This document shows positions 16,046-24,892 of a stretch of 64,000 bases of DNA, one piece after another. The stretch's first letter is position 1. Every line of letters begins with the position of its first letter. Source of the stretch: Candidatus Woesearchaeota archaeon (GTDB lineage: Archaea > Nanobdellota > Nanobdellia > SCGC-AAA011-G17 > UBA489); assembly GCA_964366415.1 (NCBI GenBank), contig CAYITG010000001.1, forward strand, positions 11,649 to 75,648, written 5' to 3'. The notes beneath the pieces are model-generated. The model did no database searches, was not told the DNA's origin, and saw only the letters and a program-made list of their open reading frames with translations. Both the position numbers and the translations under genes were made by a program.

Positions 16046-16066
16046 GATAGTGCCCGTTTTAGGCTT

Positions 16067-16357
16067 ATGGAACAGGCGCTGCACACTAAATTTACCAAGT
16101 ATTTACAACTCACAGAACTCGCCCTCAAAAAGGCCCAAGAAGCACATGAAAATTTAGACATTCATGACGGGACGCGAGCGGATTTTCTTGATATGATTCA
16201 ACGCTATGTTTCTGACGCGAAACATTTCCAAGAGAAAGGAGACATCATGACTGCGTTTGCAGCCATTACTTATGCTCATGGATGGCTTGACGCTGGCGCT
16301 CGTATCGGGCTGTGGGACGTCAAAGACAATACGTTATTCACGGTCGATGACAACTAA
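16067..16357 (+). CDS. DUF357-family protein
   Basis: 96 aa. YVSDAKHFQEKGDIMTAFAAITYAHGWLDAGARIG matches my memory of archaeal DUF357. A TATA lies 22 nt upstream of the ATG, implying a leaderless mRNA. Confidence 0.6.
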   Translation: MEQALHTKFTKYLQLTELALKKAQEAHENLDIHDGTRADFLDMIQRYVSDAKHFQEKGDIMTAFAAITYAHGWLDAGARIGLWDVKDNTLFTVDDN

Positions 16358-16418
16358 ACGAGAATAAACCTTATATACTTCTATCACTCCTCTTTACTAT
16401 CACTTAAAGGAGGGGTTT

Positions 16419-16760
16419 GTGATGAATGCAACATGGGCAAAGATCTTAGGTGTTGTGTTTCTTTTGTTTGGTATTGTTGGATTTTTTACTGGAAACATGT
16501 TTGTCTTTTTTAGCATCAATTCTGTTCATAATTTTGTTCATATCTTGACAGGTTTGATTGCTCTATGGGTGGGCTTTGGTAGCGATGGAAAGAATGCCAC
16601 AACCTTTAATCGAGTTTTTGGTATTGTCTATTTGTTAGTTGCTATTGTTGGTTTTTTCAACGTCGGAACCGTTGTTGATTTACTTTCCTTGAATGCTGCT
16701 GACAACTGGTTACACCTTATCATTGGTGTTGTCACCACCGTCATTGGCTTTTGGGCTTAA
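16419..16760 (+). CDS. DUF4383-like four-TM membrane protein
   Basis: 113 aa. It has the duplicated pattern NSVHNFVHILTGLIAL / ADNWLHLIIGVVT. An SD (AAGGAGGGG) lies upstream. Confidence 0.6.
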   Translation: MMNATWAKILGVVFLLFGIVGFFTGNMFVFFSINSVHNFVHILTGLIALWVGFGSDGKNATTFNRVFGIVYLLVAIVGFFNVGTVVDLLSLNAADNWLHLIIGVVTTVIGFWA

Positions 16761-16772
16761 GTAGGGATATTC

Positions 16773-18500
16773 ATGTACTCCCTACGTTTTTCTTTTTTTC
16801 TTTCTTTAGTTTTGTTTTTTTCCCTCTTTATTTCTCTTTATCCTTCCATCACCGGTCAAGCGATTCAACGTACTCCTCAATCCATTACTCTTCCTTGTGG
16901 GGCAAGCATTACTGCGAATACAACTTTAAGCGGCGACATTATTTGTTCTTCTGTTCCTTATACCTTTGTTCTTTCTATTAATCAACCAGATGTTACTTTA
17001 GATTGTCGTGGCCATCGTATTGCCAATATCGGGAATATCCCTTGGGGGATTAATGTTAATTCTCCTCGGGTCACTATCAAAAATTGCATTATTGAAAATT
17101 TTACTTGGGGTATTTCTGTTTATTCAAATGCTCATCAAAGTACTCTAGAGTATAACACTCTTCGATTTAACATTCAGGGAATCAGTTTATCTTCTTGGCA
17201 AAATTTTGTTTCTTCTAATATCTTTGTTAATAATACTAGTGCCCTTTTTGGCGGTAGGCTTTCTCAATTTATCGCTAATTCTATTTTTGGAGGTTCAAGC
17301 GGGATGGCCCTTGATAGTCAACATATTGTTAAACATAATTCTTTTTATGCTGTTCCGACTGCCATTACTACCAACGGTAATATTTCTCTTTATTATAATA
17401 ATACTTTTGTTGGATTTGGAATTGTTGGCATTTCCTTAGGAGGTAATTATAACATCATTAGTAAAAATACTTTTATTAATTATTCTACTCCCGTTTCATT
17501 TAGTCAATATTCCTCTTATAATACTTTTACTGAAAATATTGGTTTTGGTACAGGCTTTGGCCTTTCTATTAATGGTAGGAATCATATAGTTACCCATAAC
17601 ATTCTACATGGCCCTGGAACACGAGGGGTACACCTAAGCAAAGCTTCTTCAACAACTCTTCTTAATAATACTCTTCTAGATTTTAGCACAGGCATTTATC
17701 TTATTTCTTCAAATTTCAATACTCTTCGTAGTAATATCCTATTATCTACTTCTAGCGACATTCGTTTATCTAGATCCCATCATAATGCTATTTCTCTGCA
17801 TTCTTCCTCTTCGCCAATACCCAATGGCCTTGAACTTACGGATTCATACTACACTTCAGTGTTTAATAATATTTTTGCAAATAAAATCTATTGTTTTAAC
17901 TTAGGCAACTCCTCTTATACGACTCTTTCATCAAATCAGTGTCTTGATTCAAAAACAGGTGCAGAAATTCGCTCATCTTCCCACTCTGTTTTTTCCAACA
18001 ATATTTTCTCTAATTATGACTCTTCTGGATTTCGCGTTTATAGTTATGGTGGTTATCCTGTTTCATTTAATCTTAGTTTTGTTTTTAATTGCTTGAAGGA
18101 CTCTACGGGAAGTCCTTTCTACTTTTCATCTATGCGCGATAATACTATTGCTTCTAACATTATGCGCAACCTCACAGGTAGTGGAGTTTATCTCTCATAC
18201 AATACACTTCGCAATAAAGTATATAATAATTATTTTGTAGGAAATGCAATCGATGGTAAAGACGAATTTGGCACTAATTTTTGGAATACAACAGTTTCTC
18301 CCGGCCAAAATATTATTGGTGGTTCTTATTTTGGAGGCAACTTTTGGCAAAATTATTCTGGAGTAGATGTAAATGGTGATCTTTTAGGAGATACTCTTGT
18401 TCCTTACACTTCACAAGGAAATATTATCTCTGGAGGAGACTATCATCCCCTTTTACAAACTACTCCTCTCCCACAGCCTATCTTTCCTTTTGTGTGTTAG
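16773..18500 (+). CDS. Secreted right-handed beta-helix repeat protein (NosD/PbH1-like)
   Basis: 575 aa with a signal/anchor helix. It has many ~22-aa N/S/I-rich parallel beta-helix repeats. The C-terminal GGNFWQNYSGVDVNGDLLGDTLVPY is typical of NosD-like archaeal surface proteins. Confidence 0.75.
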   Translation: MYSLRFSFFLSLVLFFSLFISLYPSITGQAIQRTPQSITLPCGASITANTTLSGDIICSSVPYTFVLSINQPDVTLDCRGHRIANIGNIPWGINVNSPRVTIKNCIIENFTWGISVYSNAHQSTLEYNTLRFNIQGISLSSWQNFVSSNIFVNNTSALFGGRLSQFIANSIFGGSSGMALDSQHIVKHNSFYAVPTAITTNGNISLYYNNTFVGFGIVGISLGGNYNIISKNTFINYSTPVSFSQYSSYNTFTENIGFGTGFGLSINGRNHIVTHNILHGPGTRGVHLSKASSTTLLNNTLLDFSTGIYLISSNFNTLRSNILLSTSSDIRLSRSHHNAISLHSSSSPIPNGLELTDSYYTSVFNNIFANKIYCFNLGNSSYTTLSSNQCLDSKTGAEIRSSSHSVFSNNIFSNYDSSGFRVYSYGGYPVSFNLSFVFNCLKDSTGSPFYFSSMRDNTIASNIMRNLTGSGVYLSYNTLRNKVYNNYFVGNAIDGKDEFGTNFWNTTVSPGQNIIGGSYFGGNFWQNYSGVDVNGDLLGDTLVPYTSQGNIISGGDYHPLLQTTPLPQPIFPFVC

Positions 18501-18537
18501 GGGATAATTATTTAAACACTTTATACTGCATTTCTTT

Positions 18538-19218
18538 ATGCAGGTAGAGGTGATTAGTCTTGGTGGAAGTATTCTTTTTCCTGATGAGATCGATGTTGTT
18601 TTCTTACGAAAATTCAAACATTTGTTGATGCATATTAAAAATCGAAAATTTGTTATTGTCACTGGTGGCGGGAAAATTGCACGCTTATATATTGATGCTT
18701 TGCGTAAGGAGCATTTACCTAAAAGAAGTTTATCGTATGCCGGTATTGCTATCACGCGCATTAATGCCAAATTTCTTGCAAACTTTTTCATGAAGAAACA
18801 ACATTATCCTATACCAAGAACATTGAAAGAAATAGAACATCTGCTTAAACGACACGACATTGTGTTTTGTGGAGCACTACGCTATGAAGATGATAACACG
18901 AGCGATGGCACTGCAGCAGAGATTGCACGTCACTTTGATGCACGTTTTATCAATATGACTAATGTTAATGGATTGTATACGAAAGATCCAAGGAAACATA
19001 AGGATGCACAATTTATTCCTCAAATTAGCTTTGATGACTTTCATACTCTTGTCAATAGGATGGATTATACACCAGGGCAACATTTTGTTTTAGACCAACA
19101 TGCGGCGTCTATCATTAAAGAAGCACGCATCACCACTTTTATTATAGGGAAAAATGTTGAGAATTTGCATCACTTATTGCAGGGAAAACGTTTTAAAGGA
19201 ACTGTTATTGGATATTAA
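18538..19218 (+). CDS. pyrH: Uridylate (UMP) kinase, archaeal type
   Basis: 226 aa with ISLGGSILF, VIVTGGGKIAR and NVNGLYTKDP. Confidence 0.85.
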   Translation: MQVEVISLGGSILFPDEIDVVFLRKFKHLLMHIKNRKFVIVTGGGKIARLYIDALRKEHLPKRSLSYAGIAITRINAKFLANFFMKKQHYPIPRTLKEIEHLLKRHDIVFCGALRYEDDNTSDGTAAEIARHFDARFINMTNVNGLYTKDPRKHKDAQFIPQISFDDFHTLVNRMDYTPGQHFVLDQHAASIIKEARITTFIIGKNVENLHHLLQGKRFKGTVIGY

Positions 19219-19230
19219 AGGGTATTGACT

Positions 19231-19485
19231 ATGACACTTACAGAATATGTTCGTGAGCATTTTCTTGATATTGGCGTTGCTGATTGCATTGTTTATTCAG
19301 GACATCGTCAGAGTTTTTCTTATCAAAGTTACACTTTATGTGGGGCGAGTCAACTTAATCCTATTACACGTCAACCAGAACATATTTGCCCTTATCAACG
19401 AGGCGTCATTCCTTTCCAAACTCAAGAGGGTCAACTTCTTCTTATGAGATGCTCTCTTGGAGACAAGATTCGCCGTGAAACGTAA
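19231..19485 (+). CDS. Hypothetical protein
   Basis: 84-aa ORF filling the pyrH-fap7 gap. An alternative-frame ORF (19247-19447) is T-rich and low-complexity. No motif was recognised. Confidence 0.3.
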   Translation: MTLTEYVREHFLDIGVADCIVYSGHRQSFSYQSYTLCGASQLNPITRQPEHICPYQRGVIPFQTQEGQLLLMRCSLGDKIRRET

Positions 19486-19927
19486 TCCTATTATTTGTGT
19501 CACTGGAACTCCCGGTTGTGGAAAAACTGTTTATGCGAAAAAGATTGCTCGTACCTATCATCTCACTTATGTTCCTCTTCATGATATCTTGCGTCAAGAA
19601 AAATTGTATGTTTCTTATGATAAAACCATGAAAAGTTATGTTTATGATGAGCGTGCTGTTGAGAAATTCTTGACAGGATTGATACGAGCAGCGCGAACCT
19701 TAAAACAAGGACTAGTGATTGATGGACATCTCAGTCATTATATTTCTTCGAAATATATTGATCAATGCATTGTTATGAAATGCGATGTGAAAACTTTGCA
19801 ACGTCGCTTGAAGAAGAGGAACTATTCTCAACAAAAGATCAGAGAAAATCTTGATGCTGAAATCTTGGATGTGTGCCTTGTTGAAGCTAAAGAACGCGGA
19901 CATCACGTTAAGATTGTTTATTCATAG
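19475..19927 (+). CDS. Fap7/adenylate kinase 6-like NTPase
   Basis: P-loop ICVTGTPGCGKT close to the N-terminus. Start chosen at the GTG at 19475; the ORF-track start at 19457 is a TTG. Confidence 0.7.
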   Translation: MKRNPIICVTGTPGCGKTVYAKKIARTYHLTYVPLHDILRQEKLYVSYDKTMKSYVYDERAVEKFLTGLIRAARTLKQGLVIDGHLSHYISSKYIDQCIVMKCDVKTLQRRLKKRNYSQQKIRENLDAEILDVCLVEAKERGHHVKIVYS

Positions 19928-19964
19928 CGTAACCTTTAAGAGGTTCTTCTCTTTCTCTTTTTGC

Positions 19965-20483
19965 ATGATTGACATTGTCCAATTTCCTGTTGACATGAAG
20001 GATCCGCTTGTTTCACATTTAGGATTCAACACTTTTCTTCTTGCACGAGATTTACGTATTGTTTATGGGGGAAGCGACGAACTAAAAAATATGAGAATGT
20101 TGAACAATCCTTCTGTTGACATTTTCTTTGTTCCCCATGCTCTTTCTCGAAGAGATCATTTGCATTGGCGCTCGAGCGGTGTGGATGAAACTATGATTAA
20201 ACTTGCTAAAAAACACTCTATCGCTATAGGATTTCGCTTTGATCTTATTCTTCAAGTAGATGGCGTTCAACGCGCGCAATTATTGGGAAGAATCATGCAA
20301 ACTATTCGTTTGTGTCACAAATATAACGTTCGTATGGTTTTGTGTAGCTTTGCAACCGATGTTTATGGATTGCGTAATGCTTCAGATTTACAAGGCTTGG
20401 GACGCCTGTTAGGCATGACTCCTCTTGAAGCGAAACAAGCCATTTCATTCACACGAAAACACCTTGGCGTTCGCTTCCTTTAA
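19965..20483 (+). CDS. rnp3: RNase P protein component 3 (Rpp30)
   Basis: Starts at the internal ATG MIDIVQF. The TIM-like pattern ...IAIGFRFDLIL...LGRIMQTIRLCHKYNVRMVLCSFA...LRNASDL resembles archaeal Rpp30. Confidence 0.7.
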   Translation: MIDIVQFPVDMKDPLVSHLGFNTFLLARDLRIVYGGSDELKNMRMLNNPSVDIFFVPHALSRRDHLHWRSSGVDETMIKLAKKHSIAIGFRFDLILQVDGVQRAQLLGRIMQTIRLCHKYNVRMVLCSFATDVYGLRNASDLQGLGRLLGMTPLEAKQAISFTRKHLGVRFL

Positions 20484-20522
20484 ATCGTAAGTCATATATA
20501 TCTTTCTTTTATCTTGCTTCTT

Positions 20523-21578
20523 ATGACAATTGATGAACATAGTTCTTTTCTTGTAGGGACTGGATTTTACCTTCCTTTTACTATTATACATAATGATTTT
20601 TTTGAAGGGAAGACTCTCAAAAAATTCAAACCTGATGGCTCTTTTGACAAATATGTTACTTGCTCAAATGCATGGATCATGCAAAATATGGGCATCCGGG
20701 AACGTCGAAAGGCGGCAGAACATGAAACCCCCCATTACATGGGACACCATGCAACACAAATGGCTTTGACAGATGCGGGACTTTCTTTTGATCAGATTGA
20801 TGGTCTTGTTGTTGGGACTGTTACTTCTCAACGCGGTTTTCCTTCTACGGCTTCTGAAATACAGCATCTTTTTGCATATTCTCCTGGAGAGCGAGAGTTT
20901 CACGCTTTTGATGTTGGCGCTGCATGTGCTGGTTATTTGCAGAGTTTAGATGTTGTTGATACATATCTGCGCGCAAAGAAAGCTAATGTGTTAGCTGCTG
21001 TTGGTGTAGAAAAATTAACTAAAATTATTGATTTAGAAGATGCTAACGCTCCATTATTTGGTGATGGGGCTGGTGCTGGCATTCTTGTTTCTGGTTCTTA
21101 TCTTCTCGCTAGAAAAGATCTTTTTCCATCAGGAACACTCGTTGGTAAGATTGTAGCAACCTATATTCAAAGTGATAGTTTTGGTGACAACCTCTTGGCG
21201 ATTCATCGTGATGATCATCATATCTTACGCATGTTTGAAGGAAATAGAGTTATGCGTTATGCTACACGAAGTATGGCTGAAGCCGTTCATCAAATTAAAC
21301 TAAAAACTGGATGGAACAATGAAGATATTGATCTTGTTATTCCCCATCAAGCCAATATTCGCATTTTGGAAGCTGTTGCTCGCGTTAGTCACTTACCTAT
21401 GGAGAAAATTTATGTTAATATCGAACGCTATGGCAATATGTCCTCTGCAACGTGTGGAGTAGCACATTCTCAAGCGTTACGCGAAGGAATAATCAAGGAA
21501 GGTGGTAAAGTTATTCTTACTTCTTTTGGATCTGGATATGTTACTGGCGCCGTTGGATTGGAATATCTCCTTCTTTAG
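20523..21578 (+). CDS. 3-oxoacyl-ACP synthase III (FabH/KAS III)-like condensing enzyme
   Basis: The Cys-His-Asn triad contexts GAACAGY, IPHQANIRI and YGNMSSAT are present, within a thiolase-fold-length protein. Confidence 0.8.
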   Translation: MTIDEHSSFLVGTGFYLPFTIIHNDFFEGKTLKKFKPDGSFDKYVTCSNAWIMQNMGIRERRKAAEHETPHYMGHHATQMALTDAGLSFDQIDGLVVGTVTSQRGFPSTASEIQHLFAYSPGEREFHAFDVGAACAGYLQSLDVVDTYLRAKKANVLAAVGVEKLTKIIDLEDANAPLFGDGAGAGILVSGSYLLARKDLFPSGTLVGKIVATYIQSDSFGDNLLAIHRDDHHILRMFEGNRVMRYATRSMAEAVHQIKLKTGWNNEDIDLVIPHQANIRILEAVARVSHLPMEKIYVNIERYGNMSSATCGVAHSQALREGIIKEGGKVILTSFGSGYVTGAVGLEYLLL

Positions 21579-21646
21579 TTATCTCTTGGTAATAGTAAAA
21601 AAGCAAAGATTTAAAAAGGATTATTCCAGTCTTTTATTCCCCAACC

Positions 21647-21973
21647 ATGAATACTTCTATTCCTGTAGGACCTTTGGAAGAGCGTTTACGTAGTTTGCGC
21701 CAACATGCACCAGAACTTTCAGAAGCTCTTCATGCTTTTGGAGCGACACTTGCATTACACTTCCATTCTTCTGATGATCCTATTACCCCCTCTGGTTTTT
21801 ATAATATTGTGGATCTTATCCTGGAAGACTCTTGCCGCCATAAGTCGGTCACTTACTTTGAATTAGCCCCCTGTATACCTGCATTAGCTCATGCTATTTG
21901 CCCTCCTGATTTTGCTGCTAGAGTCGAAGAATACCATCTTTTAGAGCATTCTAGATCATCTTGCTTTTTCTAA
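21647..21973 (+). CDS. Hypothetical protein (paralogue of 29149-29508)
   Basis: 108 aa. It shares PLEERLRSLRQHAP...LHAFGATLA...PSGF...AICPPDFAARVEEY with the 29149-29508 product. Confidence 0.5.
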   Translation: MNTSIPVGPLEERLRSLRQHAPELSEALHAFGATLALHFHSSDDPITPSGFYNIVDLILEDSCRHKSVTYFELAPCIPALAHAICPPDFAARVEEYHLLEHSRSSCFF

Positions 21974-22084
21974 CGGAAAGTTTTATAAATGAGTTTTCGT
22001 CGCTATATCTGTACGAGAAAGAAGATCATAAGGAGCTATCCTTTCTCCATTTGGGTTTTATACCCTTTATACAAACATTCACAG

Positions 22085-22423
22085 GTGAAACACATTAAAC
22101 CTTTACGCCCCACACAGAGGGAAAAACAACGTTACTTAACTTATGCAGTTTGGTCTGAGACTTCTCTTCCTCATGCAGAGATCAAACAGACTGTTGACAC
22201 TGCACTGTTAGATTTTATGGGAGAATTGAATTATGGGAAAGCAGGCATTCAATTTGTTGAACAGACTTCACGCGGAGGCATTATCCGCATGAATCGCGAT
22301 GCTGTTGACCTTGTTAAGGCAGGAATTATGATGATCAATACTATACAGAAAAATCGTGTTGTGCTTACAAGCAGTACTGTTTCCGGTATGCTGCATAAGG
22401 CGCGGCATGCGGAACAACAATGA
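22085..22423 (+). CDS. rnp2: RNase P protein component 2 (Pop5)
   Basis: KPLRPTQREKQRYLTYAVWSE...GELNYGKAGIQFVE...GIIRMNRDAVDLVKAG resembles archaeal Pop5. I preferred the GTG at 22085 because the ATG at 21989 lies inside a TATA box. The start remains uncertain. Confidence 0.65.
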   Translation: MKHIKPLRPTQREKQRYLTYAVWSETSLPHAEIKQTVDTALLDFMGELNYGKAGIQFVEQTSRGGIIRMNRDAVDLVKAGIMMINTIQKNRVVLTSSTVSGMLHKARHAEQQ

Positions 22424-22437
22424 AGGAGGAATCATCC

Positions 22438-23160
22438 ATGCAACAACCAGATGAAATGACCCATCAGGCTATGGGTTACGATCGTACAAGCATTATGTTC
22501 AGTCCTGATGGACGTTTATTACAAGTAGAATATGCAAAAAAGACTGTTAAGCAGGGAACAACTGCCGTAGGTATTGTGTTCAAAGATGGCGTTCTTGTTG
22601 TTGCTGACAAACGCATTGTTGAAAAACTCATGGTGGGAAAAAGCATTGAGAAAGTGTTCCAAGTTGATGATCATCTTGGAGCAACTGCATCCGGAATTTT
22701 AAGTGACGGACGCATTCTCATTGAACGCGCACAAGTTATTGCGCAACAACATCGCATTACCTATAATGAACCTATTGGCACAGAAACATTGGTAAAAGAA
22801 ATTAGCAACCTTAAACAATTGTACACTCAAGTTGGCGGAGCACGACCTTTTGGAGTGAGCATTATGTTCATTGGCGTGGCTCAAGAACCACAGTTGTTTG
22901 TTACCGATCCTACAGGGATCTTTTTTGAGTACAAAGCAACTGCCATTGGAGAAGCAGATCAAACTGTTAAAGATATTTTGATTAAAAATTACAAAGAAAG
23001 CCTCAATCTTGACGATGCGGCACGCTTATGTGTTGGTGCCCTTAAGAAAGCACTTGGAAAAGATTTCCTTGCTGAACGCATTGATGGGGCCTATATCTTA
23101 CAGAAGGACAAGAAATTTACTCGTTTTACACGCGAGGAAATTTCTAAGTACAGCAAGTAA
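22438..23160 (+). CDS. psmA: Proteasome alpha subunit
   Basis: Contains the alpha signature YDRTSIMFSPDGRLLQVEYA. An SD (GGAGGA) lies 7 nt upstream of the ATG at 22438. An alternative start exists at 22420. Confidence 0.9.
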   Translation: MQQPDEMTHQAMGYDRTSIMFSPDGRLLQVEYAKKTVKQGTTAVGIVFKDGVLVVADKRIVEKLMVGKSIEKVFQVDDHLGATASGILSDGRILIERAQVIAQQHRITYNEPIGTETLVKEISNLKQLYTQVGGARPFGVSIMFIGVAQEPQLFVTDPTGIFFEYKATAIGEADQTVKDILIKNYKESLNLDDAARLCVGALKKALGKDFLAERIDGAYILQKDKKFTRFTREEISKYSK

Positions 23161-23161
23161 C

Positions 23162-23863
23162 ATGGTCGATGTCGATAAAGCAGTCATTGCACGCATTAAG
23201 AAGGAAGGTCATACTTTCGAGATCTTAGTCGATTGCGATAAAGCTTTAGAATTTAAGAAAGGCAAAAGCATGGGCATTGATGAAGTTGTTGCTACTGATG
23301 ACATCTTTACTGATGTCAAAAAAGGCGACCGCGCTAGTGTAACTGAATTGAAAAAATTCTTTGGCACTGACGACCCACGCAAAGTATCGGACATTATTGT
23401 CAGACAAGGTGAAATACAACTCACTGCAAAACATCGTGCACAAGAGCGCGAAGAAAAAAAGAAACGTCTCATTCATTTGATTCATCGCAATGCTGTAGAC
23501 AGCAAAACAGGATTACCGCATCCGCCACAGCGCATTGAACGCGCTATGGAAGAAGCTGGCGTCCACATTGATGAATACAAAACTGCTGAAGAACAAATGG
23601 AAGATGTTTTGAAAAAATTGCGCGTCATTATTCCAATCAAGATTGAACGACGCGAAATTGCGGTGAGAATTCCGGCACAGTACGCAGGCCACAGTTTTAC
23701 TGTGTTGAAGAAATATAAACTCTTGAAAGATGAGTGGCAAAATGATGGCAGTTTAGTTGCTGTTGTTGAGATTCCTGCTGGATTGCAGGATGATCTTTTT
23801 AGCGAACTAAACAAGATCTCTCATGGAGAGGTCGAAAGCAAAATCATACGAGTATTAGACTAA
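23162..23863 (+). CDS. SBDS (Shwachman-Bodian-Diamond) family ribosome maturation protein
   Basis: 233 aa with the FYSH domain ARIKKEGHTFEILVDCDKALEFKKG. It sits in the conserved position between psmA and rrp4. Confidence 0.9.
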   Translation: MVDVDKAVIARIKKEGHTFEILVDCDKALEFKKGKSMGIDEVVATDDIFTDVKKGDRASVTELKKFFGTDDPRKVSDIIVRQGEIQLTAKHRAQEREEKKKRLIHLIHRNAVDSKTGLPHPPQRIERAMEEAGVHIDEYKTAEEQMEDVLKKLRVIIPIKIERREIAVRIPAQYAGHSFTVLKKYKLLKDEWQNDGSLVAVVEIPAGLQDDLFSELNKISHGEVESKIIRVLD

Positions 23864-23875
23864 AGGTGGATTACT

Positions 23876-24892
23876 ATGGGAACATTACATGTGAAAGAAA
23901 AAGATATCGTTATTCCTGGCGAAGAGCTTGCTGAAGGTATGGATTACCTACCTGTGAGCGGCGCTTTTCGAGAAGGAGAAAAAATCATTGCCAATCAAAT
24001 TGGCATTGTGAATGTTGACGGGCGCTTAGTGAAAGTTATTCCTCTTCGAGGAAAATATGCCCCAAAGAAAGGAGATGTTGTTATTGGAAAAATTGCTGAT
24101 ATGACCTTTTCCAGCTGGTTTGTTGACATTGATTGTCCAAGCAGTGGGATGCTCAGTTCTAAAGACGCAACTGACTTCTTAGAACGCGGAGCTGATCTTA
24201 GCCAAATTTATTCTTTTGGCGACATGCTTGTGACTCGCATTGTGAATGTCACACGCGGCAAGATTGATTTGACTATGAGAGGTCCTGGCTTGCGACGCTT
24301 AGGAAGTGGGCGTATTATCCGTGTTGGCAGCAGCAAAGTTCCTCGCATTATCGGACGAGAAGCAAGCATGATCAATATCATCAAAGAAAAAACTGGATGC
24401 AGAATTGTTGTTGGCCAAAATGGCATTGTCTGGATTCAAGGCGAAGCACAGAATGAAATGGCTGCTGTTGAAGCTATTGAATTCATCAACAAACATTCTC
24501 ATCAAGAAGGATTAACTGACACGGTTTCAAAATTCCTTGATGACCGTATGAAGGGTATTCCTCTTCCACCTAAAGATAGTCTGAAAGATGAAGATGTTCA
24601 TCAACGACGCGAAGAAGGTGGTTATGACCGCGGAGGTTCTGGTGACCGTGGTGGTTATGGTGGTGGCGGCTACAGAGGCGGTGGTGGATATGGCGGCGGA
24701 GGATACCGTGACCGTGGTGGTTATGGTGGTGGCGGCTACAGAGGCGGTGGTGGATATCATGATCGAGGACAACGTCCTATGCAACGAGACTTTGATGGAC
24801 CCCCTCGCGACCGCAGTATGCAAGAACGACGCGAAATGCGTGACCAACGTTTACGCAGAGGCCCACCTAATGGCCAAGAGGAACAAAGGTGA
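23876..24892 (+). CDS. rrp4: Exosome cap subunit Rrp4 (S1 + KH) with a C-terminal RGG/GGY low-complexity extension
   Basis: It has an N-terminal domain, an S1 domain (GDVVIGKIADMTFSSWFVDI) and a KH domain (RIIGREASMINIIKEKTGCRIVVGQNG). These are followed by about 100 aa of GGYDRGGSGDRGGYGGGGYRGGGGY... Confidence 0.9.
   Translation: MGTLHVKEKDIVIPGEELAEGMDYLPVSGAFREGEKIIANQIGIVNVDGRLVKVIPLRGKYAPKKGDVVIGKIADMTFSSWFVDIDCPSSGMLSSKDATDFLERGADLSQIYSFGDMLVTRIVNVTRGKIDLTMRGPGLRRLGSGRIIRVGSSKVPRIIGREASMINIIKEKTGCRIVVGQNGIVWIQGEAQNEMAAVEAIEFINKHSHQEGLTDTVSKFLDDRMKGIPLPPKDSLKDEDVHQRREEGGYDRGGSGDRGGYGGGGYRGGGGYGGGGYRDRGGYGGGGYRGGGGYHDRGQRPMQRDFDGPPRDRSMQERREMRDQRLRRGPPNGQEEQR
24642..24757 (+). repeat. 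Perfect ~50-nt direct repeat (24642-24691 and 24708-24757, 66-nt period) inside the rrp4 tail
   Basis: gtgaccgtggtggttatggtggtggcggctacagaggcggtggtggatat occurs twice, encoding DRGGYGGGGYRGGGGY both times. Confidence 0.9.

Noticed and set aside
19247-19447. Alternative-frame 66-aa ORF between pyrH and the Fap7-like gene
   Set aside because: It gives a T-rich Phe/Leu/Ile peptide typical of a non-coding frame in AT-rich DNA. The overlapping 19231-19485 frame is kept instead, at low confidence.
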